Below, one piece after another: positions 1 to 8,404 of a DNA stretch of 44,056 bases. A model generated the notes under the pieces. That model made no database searches. It was given only the letters and a program-made list of their open reading frames with translations, and was not told the origin of the DNA. The stretch is from a virus (taxonomy: Duplodnaviria; Caudoviricetes): positions 1-44,056 of the IMG/VR virus record IMGVR_UViG_3300030119_000303; one strand, written 5' to 3'. Position 1 is the first letter of the stretch, and each line of letters opens with the position of its first letter. The position numbers and the translations under genes were made by a program.

Positions 1-74
1 TGCATAAGTATTCACTTGCATAAGTATTCACTTGCATAAGTATTCACTTGCATAAGTATTCATAAGTATTCACT
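1..74 (+). repeat. Tandem array, 16-bp unit TGCATAAGTATTCACT
   Basis: Three full units (1-48) plus two shortened units, giving five CATAAGTATT cores. Confidence 0.95.
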
Positions 75-275
75 GGTAGTTATTACTAGCTAATTATAAG
101 CGCACTAACCATATGGTCAGGGATGTTGCAAAAAATAGTACCCAGTAGATATGTGTATATATGTGTGTAGGTATGGGTGTGTGTTGTTAAGAAGATAGTT
201 AATGGGGTGTGTAGGTATAGGTATAGGTATCACCACCAGCTACCAGGTAGCAATCACCTTCCCAAAATAACACCT

Positions 276-324
276 TAGCAACTACTAATAATAGCCACTA
301 CTAATAACTACATGCTACTAGTAA
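276..324 (+). repeat. Tandem degenerate array TAGC(C/A)ACTACTAATAA
   Basis: tagcaactactaataa, tagccactactaataa, ...gctactagtaa. Four related units occur in the right-end copy. Confidence 0.8.
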
Positions 325-519
325 TCTAGCTTATAATGATAGTAACCACTAACTAACAGGGGGGAGTGAGACCTTTTTTAGTTCCAGCGAGATGGCTTTC
401 CTAAGTAACCCCTAATAATTTCCTAAATTTTTTCTAGTTTACCGATGGCTCTTACCTCTATTTACAACTAGTACTATATACTTATATACATAAGTTAAGC
501 ATCAGACGGACTAAGCACA

Positions 520-1161
520 ATGGGTAGCGCAGAAGAACTATTAGCCTCTCTTGGGGTGGACGCGGAAGATAGCAGCACTGAATCACTCAATACTAATAAC
601 TACACCTCAAATAACAGTGGTAGGCAGGGAGTAACAAGTACTACTGAGGAAAAAGCATTAGAGTTATTAGGTAATGGTATAGCTAATGAGTTAGTTGCCT
701 CCGCGATTGGCGTAACTCCAGCCCGTATAACTCAGTTATTAGCTGATGAAAACTTTGCTTTAGAAGTACAGAAACGCCGCTTTATTAACTTGCAGAAACA
801 TTCAATGCGAGATAATATCTATGATGAGTTAGAAGACATAACATTGCAGAAGCTAAGACGTGCCATTAAGTCAGGCATGATAGTTAAGCCAGAAATGTTA
901 TTAAAAGCTCTTAAGATATTTAATGAAGCTAAGCGTAGAGGTAGTGCAAGTACTAATAATATTACTGATACTGGTGATATAGTACAGATTAATATACCTC
1001 AAATAGTAAAACAAACTTTTGTGACAAATATCAATAACCAAGTAGTTCAGGTTGGAGATAGAGAGTTAGAGACAATCTCAGCAGATAAGTTACAGAAGAG
1101 TTTAGAGGGGTCAAATAATGTTATTACGCAACGAGAAGATAACTCTGGCGGAGAAGATTAA
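520..1161 (+). CDS. Probable terminase small subunit (HTH DNA-binding protein)
   Basis: HTH-like segment ELVASAIGVTPARITQLL; first gene of the late arm, just upstream of the large terminase. Confidence 0.6.
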   Translation: MGSAEELLASLGVDAEDSSTESLNTNNYTSNNSGRQGVTSTTEEKALELLGNGIANELVASAIGVTPARITQLLADENFALEVQKRRFINLQKHSMRDNIYDELEDITLQKLRRAIKSGMIVKPEMLLKALKIFNEAKRRGSASTNNITDTGDIVQINIPQIVKQTFVTNINNQVVQVGDRELETISADKLQKSLEGSNNVITQREDNSGGED

Positions 1162-1321
1162 ATTACATAAGGGTGAATTGAAGACTCTACATAAGACTCA
1201 TAAACCTACTATTAAGGATAAACGCCGCGCCAACAAACTACTAACTGACTTAGTTAATAAGTTATATGATAGTGAGATAGCAACTGAGCGGCAGTTACCT
1301 AATGTAGATAAGGATTATTAA
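1118..1321 (+). CDS. Hypothetical small basic protein
   Basis: GAGGGG RBS upstream; its stop overlaps the terminase ATG (TAATG). Confidence 0.6.
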   Translation: MLLRNEKITLAEKIKLHKGELKTLHKTHKPTIKDKRRANKLLTDLVNKLYDSEIATERQLPNVDKDY

Positions 1322-2901
1322 TGAATAAGTCAACCCCTGCTTTGATGGATAAGCTAGGTGAACAATACGAAGCTAATAAGGATATAGCTAAAGATGTTAA
1401 GTCACAGGTAACTACAGAAGCTGATTATAATAAAATAGAGTCAGTAGGTGCTAGTGCTAAAGAGTTACAAGAAGCTGCTAAGGCCGATTTGAACTTCCTA
1501 GCTGCCTTATGTATGCCCTTAGTATTTAAGTTCATGTGGCCTACTCACTTTGTTAGTGCATGGCAATGGTTAGTTGAGTGGGCTGAGAAGGATAGAGTAT
1601 TCCCGCAATTAGCATTAGGTTTACCTAGGGGCTTTGCTAAGTCTACATTAATGAAGCTGTTCCTAGTATATTGCATACTGTTCACTAATAAGAAGTTTAT
1701 ATTAGTACTAGCTGCCACAGCTAAATTAGCAGAAGCTATCATTGCCGATGTTATGGATATGCTGGAAGAAGATAATATAGTACAGGTATTCGGTGATTGG
1801 AGAGTAGGTGTTGAGAAAGACACCCAAGGACTTAAGAAGTTTGGTTTCCGTGGCAGAACTATAATAATAGCAGGCTTAGGTGCGGAAGGTAATGTACGTG
1901 GTATTAACTTAAAGAATGAGCGCCCTGATGTAATGTTATTTGATGACGTACAGTCTAGGGAATGCGCTGATTCAGAAACACAAAGTAATAGCTTAGAGCA
2001 GTGGTTTGTAGGCACTGCAATGAAAGCTAAGTCACCTTTTGGTTGCATGTTCTTATTTGTAGCTAACATGTACCCTACTAAACACAGTATACTACGTAAG
2101 CTTAAACACAACCCTAAATGGCTTAAGTTCATAGTAGGCGGTTTATTATCAGATGGTACTAGCTTATGGGAAGAGTTACAGCCAAGAGAACAATTAATAG
2201 CTGAGTATGAAAATGACTTATCTATGGGCAGGCCGGAAGTATTTTTATCTGAAGTACTTAATGATGAGAATGCTAATGCTAGTAAGTATATTAATCTAGC
2301 TGAGTTACCAGAGTTACCTTATGAAGAAGGTGATATTAGTGCAGGTAACTTTATTATTATTGACCCTGCTAACGATAAGAAAGATAGTGATGAAGTAGCT
2401 ATAGGTTACTTTGAGATATATGACACTAAACCAGTATTAATGGAAGTACGTGCTGATAGGTTCTCACCTGGAGACATGATAAGAGTAGCGTTAGAGATGG
2501 CACTAAGAAATAGATGCGCTCTGATAGCAGTTGAATCTAATGCTTACCAGTTCTCTATACTATATTGGTTTAAGTTCATAACTAGGCAGCGTAATATACA
2601 AGGTATATACTGTGTTGATATCTATTCAGGAGTTAAAGCTAAGACCCAGCGTATACTTAAGATGCTACAGGCTTACGCTGCTGGGGAGTTATTTGTAGAC
2701 CATAGTACTAGGTTATTAGTGCACAAAGAGATTAGTGAGTTCAACCCGTTAGTTAAAGATAATAAAGATAACATACTGGACTTACTAACTTATGCTCCAA
2801 GAGTTATGCAAGAATATAAACAATTTCTTACTTCTGGTGATGTAATAGAGGGCGAAGATTACTATGAAGCAGAAGTATTAGAAGACAACACTGAGTTTTA
2901 A
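1321..2901 (+). CDS. terL: Terminase large subunit
   Basis: Walker A-like LPRGFAKST, Walker B MLFDD preceded by VRG, RNase H-like nuclease motifs IIIDPA, AVESN and DNILD. Confidence 0.93.
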   Translation: MNKSTPALMDKLGEQYEANKDIAKDVKSQVTTEADYNKIESVGASAKELQEAAKADLNFLAALCMPLVFKFMWPTHFVSAWQWLVEWAEKDRVFPQLALGLPRGFAKSTLMKLFLVYCILFTNKKFILVLAATAKLAEAIIADVMDMLEEDNIVQVFGDWRVGVEKDTQGLKKFGFRGRTIIIAGLGAEGNVRGINLKNERPDVMLFDDVQSRECADSETQSNSLEQWFVGTAMKAKSPFGCMFLFVANMYPTKHSILRKLKHNPKWLKFIVGGLLSDGTSLWEELQPREQLIAEYENDLSMGRPEVFLSEVLNDENANASKYINLAELPELPYEEGDISAGNFIIIDPANDKKDSDEVAIGYFEIYDTKPVLMEVRADRFSPGDMIRVALEMALRNRCALIAVESNAYQFSILYWFKFITRQRNIQGIYCVDIYSGVKAKTQRILKMLQAYAAGELFVDHSTRLLVHKEISEFNPLVKDNKDNILDLLTYAPRVMQEYKQFLTSGDVIEGEDYYEAEVLEDNTEF

Positions 2902-2912
2902 GGAACTAAATT

Positions 2913-4907
2913 ATGTCCATGAATAAGGTTGTACCTTTAAGTAAGGCTTCTCAGAAGAAACTTATAGCATACTACCAGTCTCTACAGAATATGAACAATA
3001 TTACTAGAGAAAGTTATCGCTCTAATTTAGAGGAGATTGACAGGCATTACCAGCGAGAAGTAGATACTACTGAAGAAAACGCTAAAGCGACTAGAGCTAA
3101 CAGGTTAGGTGATGTTACTAAGAAGCGTAATATTACTGTACCTGTTATTATGCCTCAAGTAGAAGCAGCTACTGAATATCAAAGTTCTGTTTTCCTTACA
3201 GGGGAACCCTTATTTGGTGTAGTGTCTGCACCTGAACATATTGATGCCGCTTTACAACTAGAAACTACTATTGAGCAGCAGGCACTAAAAGGTGGTTGGA
3301 CACAGGAACTAATGTTATTGTTTCGTGACGGGTTTAAATACAATGAAGCTTTATTAGAAGCAGATTGGCATACCGAAGCTTACGAAACTATAGACACTGA
3401 TTTATCTAATGATACTGATAACGGTGCTAACCTTAAACAGCTTCTGTGGGCAGGTAATAAAATAGAGCGCTGGGACTTATATAATAGTTTCTATGACGGC
3501 AGAGTAGATATTACTAAGCTATCTACAGAAGGTGAGTTTGCAGGCACTACTAAATTCATGTCTAAGATAGCAGCTAAAGACTATATTAACTCACTGACTG
3601 ATACTATTACTGCTAATATCCGTCCTGCCTTTGAGTCTCCTAGCACTGTTAGCATAGCTTCTAATATAGGTAGTTATAATTACTATGTACCTAGTATTAA
3701 CCCTGATAAGTATGACAGGGAGAAGAAGAAAGCTATGTTTGACACTGACTGGTTTAACTGGGCAGGCATAGAAAACAGTGATAAGAATAGCGGGGCTATA
3801 CAATATAAAGCTGGGTATGAGATTACTAAGTTATATGTTCGTATACTGCCTAGTGAGTTTGATATAGTAGTACCTAAGTCTAATACTCCGCAGATATTCA
3901 AGATTATTATCGTCAATCATGCCTACATAGTTAAGGCGGAATTACAAACTAATGCTCATAAGAGATTACCAGTATTAGGTTGTCGTCCTAAATTAGATGG
4001 ACTAGGTGCACAAACTAAGTCATTAGCTGAGAACGCGCTAGACTTCCAACAACTAGCTACTTCATATATGACCAGTATTATTGCATCTCAGCGCCGTGCT
4101 ATTAATGACCGTCTATTATATGACCCTAGTAGAGTGCGTGAATCAGATATTAATAACCCTAATTCCGCAGCTAAAATACCTGTCCGCCCATCTGCTTATG
4201 GTGAGCCTCTTAGCCAAGCTGTTTACCAGTTTCCTTATAGACAAGAAAATACTGCTATTGATATGCAGCAAGTACAGGCTATCATGGGACTAGCTAATAC
4301 AGCTAACGGGCAGAACCAAGCTAGACAGGGTCAGTTTGTAAAAGGTAATAGAACTCTACGTGAGTATGAGTCTGTTATGCAGAATGCTAATGGTACTGAC
4401 CAGCTTACCTCTATCTTATTAGAAGCCCAGCTGTTTACGCCACTTAAGCAAATAATTAAACTTAACATACTTCAATACCAAGGTAAGGAAAGTTACTATA
4501 GTCCTACTAAGGAAAGAGTAGTTGAGGTTAACCCTATTACTTTACGTAACTCTGTATTGCATTTCCGTATTACTGACGGATTAATACCTAGTTCTAAGGT
4601 AATAAATAGTGAGAACTTTAGTGTAGCATTACAAACTATAGCTACTAACCCTCAAATAGGTGGTGGTTATGATGTTACTAAGATGTTTTCCTATTTAATG
4701 AAGACTCAAGGTGCTGACTTAAGACCGTTTGAAAAGTCTCCAGAGCAGTTAGCATTTGAGCAAGCTATGGGAGCATGGCAAGAACAAGCTCGATTAGCAC
4801 TAGAAAAAGGAGTTGAATTTACTTCTCCTCAACCTAAACCCCAAGATTATGGGTATAATCCAAACCCTAATCAAGCACCCCAACAAGGAGCATTAACTAA
4901 TGAATGA
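2913..4907 (+). CDS. Portal protein
   Basis: 664 aa directly after TerL; podovirus portal-like size, C-terminal Q/P-rich tail; AAGGA RBS. Confidence 0.85.
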   Translation: MSMNKVVPLSKASQKKLIAYYQSLQNMNNITRESYRSNLEEIDRHYQREVDTTEENAKATRANRLGDVTKKRNITVPVIMPQVEAATEYQSSVFLTGEPLFGVVSAPEHIDAALQLETTIEQQALKGGWTQELMLLFRDGFKYNEALLEADWHTEAYETIDTDLSNDTDNGANLKQLLWAGNKIERWDLYNSFYDGRVDITKLSTEGEFAGTTKFMSKIAAKDYINSLTDTITANIRPAFESPSTVSIASNIGSYNYYVPSINPDKYDREKKKAMFDTDWFNWAGIENSDKNSGAIQYKAGYEITKLYVRILPSEFDIVVPKSNTPQIFKIIIVNHAYIVKAELQTNAHKRLPVLGCRPKLDGLGAQTKSLAENALDFQQLATSYMTSIIASQRRAINDRLLYDPSRVRESDINNPNSAAKIPVRPSAYGEPLSQAVYQFPYRQENTAIDMQQVQAIMGLANTANGQNQARQGQFVKGNRTLREYESVMQNANGTDQLTSILLEAQLFTPLKQIIKLNILQYQGKESYYSPTKERVVEVNPITLRNSVLHFRITDGLIPSSKVINSENFSVALQTIATNPQIGGGYDVTKMFSYLMKTQGADLRPFEKSPEQLAFEQAMGAWQEQARLALEKGVEFTSPQPKPQDYGYNPNPNQAPQQGALTNE

Positions 4908-5211
4908 TTCAGAGGTAAATGAACAGACACCCAGTAATGAGGTAGATATTGACTTATCTGCTTTTCAACATAAACCATTTATTAGCGAAGAGCATAAGGT
5001 AAGAGCTAGCACCTTCTCAGATGAGCACTTACAGTATCTTCAAAACTTATTAGCTGAGACAGCAGTCAAATTAGTTAATGAGCCTGTAGACCCTAATAAC
5101 GTTCAAGGCTACGCATGCTCTAAGGCTTTTTACCTAGGTCAAGTTAGAGCATATGAAGCTTTGATACTTAACCATAAAATTAACTTGCAGTGCACCAAAA
5201 CTAACTACTAA
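4900..5211 (+). CDS. Hypothetical head-module protein
   Basis: Small helical ORF between portal and scaffold; AAGGAG RBS. Confidence 0.7.
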   Translation: MNDSEVNEQTPSNEVDIDLSAFQHKPFISEEHKVRASTFSDEHLQYLQNLLAETAVKLVNEPVDPNNVQGYACSKAFYLGQVRAYEALILNHKINLQCTKTNY

Positions 5212-5222
5212 GGAAACTTACC

Positions 5223-5978
5223 ATGAATATTTTTGATTTATTTAATAAAGGTCAGCAAGCCCAGCAACAACCTGCTCCGCAACAACAACAACAACCTGCT
5301 GCTGCAGCTCCAGGTAACTTACCAGCTGATGCGGGAGATGTTAATAACGGTAATGAGGGAGGTGAACCTAACGGCACTGTTCCACCTGCTGCTACTGATG
5401 AAGGAAAATCAGATGACCCATTGGATACCTTTAAGGACTTATGGGAGAATAGCTCTAATGAACCTAATGAATTAAAGTTAACTGAGTTCAGCAAAGAAGA
5501 CTTAATTAAAGCTGCACAGAAAGTTAACTTTAGTGATTCATTAAACCAAGACTTAATTAAGCAAGTAGCAGCTGGCGGTGAAGAAGCTGTTAGTGCTATG
5601 AGCCAGTTACTTAATACTTTCGGTCAACAACTATTAGCCCACTCTGCTGGAGTTAGTAGTCAGCTTAGCAAACGTAATATTACTGAAGCTGTAGGCGGCG
5701 TTAACCCTAAGATTGAACAAGCTATACGTAATTACACCTCTCAAAACGACCTCTCTGCTAGTCATAAGCAGTTACAACACCCTTCTGTAAAACCAGTGGC
5801 AGATGCTGTTAGGCAACAGCTACTAAGTAAGTACCCAGATGCGTCACCTAATGAGATATCTGACATGACAGTTAACTACTTAGAGCAAATGGGCACTATC
5901 ACTAAACCTGCTCCCACTCCTGCACCTACATCTGAAAACCTAGACTGGGATAGCTGGATAGAGTCAGGTAGTAATTAA
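5223..5978 (+). CDS. Probable capsid scaffolding protein
   Basis: Q/P/A-rich acidic low-complexity N-terminus and helical core; immediately upstream of the major capsid gene. Confidence 0.75.
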   Translation: MNIFDLFNKGQQAQQQPAPQQQQQPAAAAPGNLPADAGDVNNGNEGGEPNGTVPPAATDEGKSDDPLDTFKDLWENSSNEPNELKLTEFSKEDLIKAAQKVNFSDSLNQDLIKQVAAGGEEAVSAMSQLLNTFGQQLLAHSAGVSSQLSKRNITEAVGGVNPKIEQAIRNYTSQNDLSASHKQLQHPSVKPVADAVRQQLLSKYPDASPNEISDMTVNYLEQMGTITKPAPTPAPTSENLDWDSWIESGSN

Positions 5979-6021
5979 CTCTCTTTTTTACTAACTACAC
6001 TAAACTATTAAGGAGACTATT

Positions 6022-7251
6022 ATGTCTACTGGTGTGTTTAATACGACTAACTTTACTAATAACTTAGCTAAGAAGTCGTTTGCAAGTATGATTACTAGGC
6101 TAATGCCTAATGGTCAAGCCCCGTTGTTTGCGTTAACCTCTTATCTTAAAACTGAGACTGCGGTTAATACTACACACGGATTCTTCACTAAAACTATGGT
6201 GTTCCCTGAGTTCACTATTAACAAAGACGGCGGGTATTTAACTACCTCTACAGGCTTTGCTATTGATGCTACCGATAAGTTATTACCTGGTATGATTTTG
6301 GTAAATGATCGTAGCGGCGAAAACATCATTATTAACTCTGTCAATTCAACTACTAGTATCTCTGTTACTAGAGATGTAGGTACTACTGGCCCTAAAGCTA
6401 TTAATGATAACGATGTATTCTACCAAGTAGGTAATGCATTTGAAGAAGGTTCTCAACGCCCTGATGCTAATAACATCATCCCTGTTGAAGTTAATAACTT
6501 AACTCAAATCTTCCGTAATACTTGGGCTATCACTGGTACTGCTGAGCAAGTAGAAGTAATTGCAGGTAATAAGACTGAAGCAGAAAACCGTCAAGATTGT
6601 GCTGGTTTCCACGCAGCTGATATTGAGAAGGCGTTATTCTTTGGTCAGAAATCTAGCGGTACTCGTAATGGTAAACCTTTCCGTACTATGGATGGTTTAC
6701 TTAACATTGTTGAGAACCCTGCTTACTACCCTGCTAGCTACGGTGGTTCTGTTAACTCATTTACTGCTGGCGCTACTACTAACTGGACTCAGTTATTAGC
6801 TATGCTAGATAATGTGTTTGACCAAGCTACTGACCCTAAGTCTAGTAACGAACGTCTGTTATTTGTTGGTGGTGCAGCTAAGTTAGTACTTAACGAGATT
6901 GGCCGCCTTAACGGTACTTACCAGTTGATGGACGGGCAAACTAACTTCGGTCTGCGCTTTGATACACTTAAGACTCCTCGTGGGACTTTCCGTATCATTG
7001 AGCACCCTTTGTTTAACTCTAACGCGTCTTGGGCTAAGTTAGCAGTAGGCGTAGATTTAGCTACCTTTAACCTAGCTTACTTAGGTAATCGTAAAACTCA
7101 GTCTAAAGAGTACAATACTCAGGGTAAAGTAGCTTCTGATTATGGCGTAGATGCTATCGGCGGTACACTTACTACTGAATGTACTTGTACTGTTAAAAAC
7201 CCACCTGCTAACGTGGTTATTCGTAACCTAACTGCTGCAGCACAAGGCTAA
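6022..7251 (+). CDS. Major capsid protein (SU10/DUF5309-like)
   Basis: Motifs NLTQIFR, DIEKALFFG and RTMDGL typical of this MCP family; strong AAGGAG RBS; codon usage of a highly expressed gene. Confidence 0.9.
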   Translation: MSTGVFNTTNFTNNLAKKSFASMITRLMPNGQAPLFALTSYLKTETAVNTTHGFFTKTMVFPEFTINKDGGYLTTSTGFAIDATDKLLPGMILVNDRSGENIIINSVNSTTSISVTRDVGTTGPKAINDNDVFYQVGNAFEEGSQRPDANNIIPVEVNNLTQIFRNTWAITGTAEQVEVIAGNKTEAENRQDCAGFHAADIEKALFFGQKSSGTRNGKPFRTMDGLLNIVENPAYYPASYGGSVNSFTAGATTNWTQLLAMLDNVFDQATDPKSSNERLLFVGGAAKLVLNEIGRLNGTYQLMDGQTNFGLRFDTLKTPRGTFRIIEHPLFNSNASWAKLAVGVDLATFNLAYLGNRKTQSKEYNTQGKVASDYGVDAIGGTLTTECTCTVKNPPANVVIRNLTAAAQG

Positions 7252-7324
7252 GCTAGCCACAACACATAGGGTGGATACATAAGTTGAAGCCCTATTTACC
7301 CCCTTATATAGAGAGGAAATAATT

Positions 7325-7723
7325 ATGACTAATTCAGCATTAGATGCGCTTAAAAATAAGACTGCTGATAACGCAGAACCTAGCGAAGGTTGGCAGGTAT
7401 TTAATTGTGCTAAGCAAGCTACCACATTAGTTACTCCAGCAGGTAAAAGAATTACATTTACTGGTGGGCGATGCTTAACTAAGGATGCCGATGTAATAGC
7501 TTATTTAGATGAAGTTATCGCATCCGGAGTTAATTCTATCACTAAAGGTGATACTATCTCTGATGAAGAAGCTATCGACCCAGATATCCGTTTGCGACTT
7601 AAGATTCGTGAAGAAGAGAAGGCTAAGTTAATGAAGACTTTAGACTACTCTACTGACATGGGTAGTACACCACAAACTGGTAAGTCTGCCAAAATGGCTA
7701 CCTCAGCCGACACAGCTAGTTAA
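7325..7723 (+). CDS. Hypothetical virion-module protein
   Basis: GAGG RBS; lies between the MCP gene and a terminator. Confidence 0.75.
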   Translation: MTNSALDALKNKTADNAEPSEGWQVFNCAKQATTLVTPAGKRITFTGGRCLTKDADVIAYLDEVIASGVNSITKGDTISDEEAIDPDIRLRLKIREEEKAKLMKTLDYSTDMGSTPQTGKSAKMATSADTAS

Positions 7724-7730
7724 TTTAAAT

Positions 7731-7762
7731 AAGCTGCATTAGTTATACTAGTGTGGCTTTTT
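7731..7762 (+). terminator. Rho-independent terminator
   Basis: AAGCTGCATTAG-TTATA-CTAGTGTGGCTT stem with G-U pairs, followed by a T run. Confidence 0.7.
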
Positions 7763-7790
7763 AAGTTAATTCCCTACCGAGGATTACATA

Positions 7791-8381
7791 ATGACTTTTG
7801 CTGAAATACTAGAAGAAGTATACCTTATCACTAATAGACGTGATTTGGAAGCACAAACTAAGTCTGCTATTAAGAAAGCTACACTTAAAGCCCATCAATC
7901 AGATTTCTATTATCGTGATTTATATGAAACTGGTATGGAGTTTGATGAACCTAATCATAAGCAGTACATAGACCTAAATAGCACTTTCGCTAACTTCAAT
8001 GCTATTAACTACATAAAAAGAGTAGAAAATGAGAATGATGAGCAGGGAGTAGTTTTTACAGAAGTTACTCCTGATAACGTAGTTGATGATTACGGGTACT
8101 TAAAAAGGGATGTATACTATGTAGCTGGCAGGAATATAGAGTTAAGAGCTAGCTGTGCATTTGATAAAGTACTAGTTGGCTTGTATGTACTTCCTGTACT
8201 AACTGAAGAAGATTACTCTTCCTGGGTGGCGGATTTAGTACCTTATTTTATAGTCCATGAGGCAGCTAGGACAGTGCTTAGGGTTATAGGTTATTTAGAA
8301 GAATCAAATGCACAGAGAGCAGAAGTAGCTGAGCAGCTTAAAATACTTAAGCAAATCGGCCTAGCTACTACTGGTTACTAA
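7791..8381 (+). CDS. Probable head-tail adaptor (tail tubular protein A-like)
   Basis: ~200 aa starting MTFAEILEEV, helical N- and C-termini around a beta core; typical position. Confidence 0.7.
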   Translation: MTFAEILEEVYLITNRRDLEAQTKSAIKKATLKAHQSDFYYRDLYETGMEFDEPNHKQYIDLNSTFANFNAINYIKRVENENDEQGVVFTEVTPDNVVDDYGYLKRDVYYVAGRNIELRASCAFDKVLVGLYVLPVLTEEDYSSWVADLVPYFIVHEAARTVLRVIGYLEESNAQRAEVAEQLKILKQIGLATTGY

Positions 8382-8404
8382 CAGCCTTATTAGAGGATAA
8401 CAAT

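Larger units (their letters stand above)
1..403. repeat. Left terminal direct repeat (imperfect copy of 43601-44056)
   Basis: Shares the CATAAGTATT array, an identical block of about 64 bp from position 75 (= 43653-43716) and an identical final 82 bp (322-403 = 43975-44056) with the right end. The middle part is diverged. Confidence 0.9.

Noticed and set aside
1-74. Repeat array as a CRISPR mini-array
   Set aside because: Units are directly adjacent with no unique spacers.
113-130. TGGTCAGGGATGTTGCA in the terminal repeat as a sigma54 promoter
   Set aside because: GG to GC spacing is 11 nt rather than the required 10.
1545-2132. Long antisense ORFs (also 15711..16112, 20009..20626, 21943..22314, 30229..30603 and similar)
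   Set aside because: Shadows of well-supported genes on the opposite strand, with no recognisable motifs.
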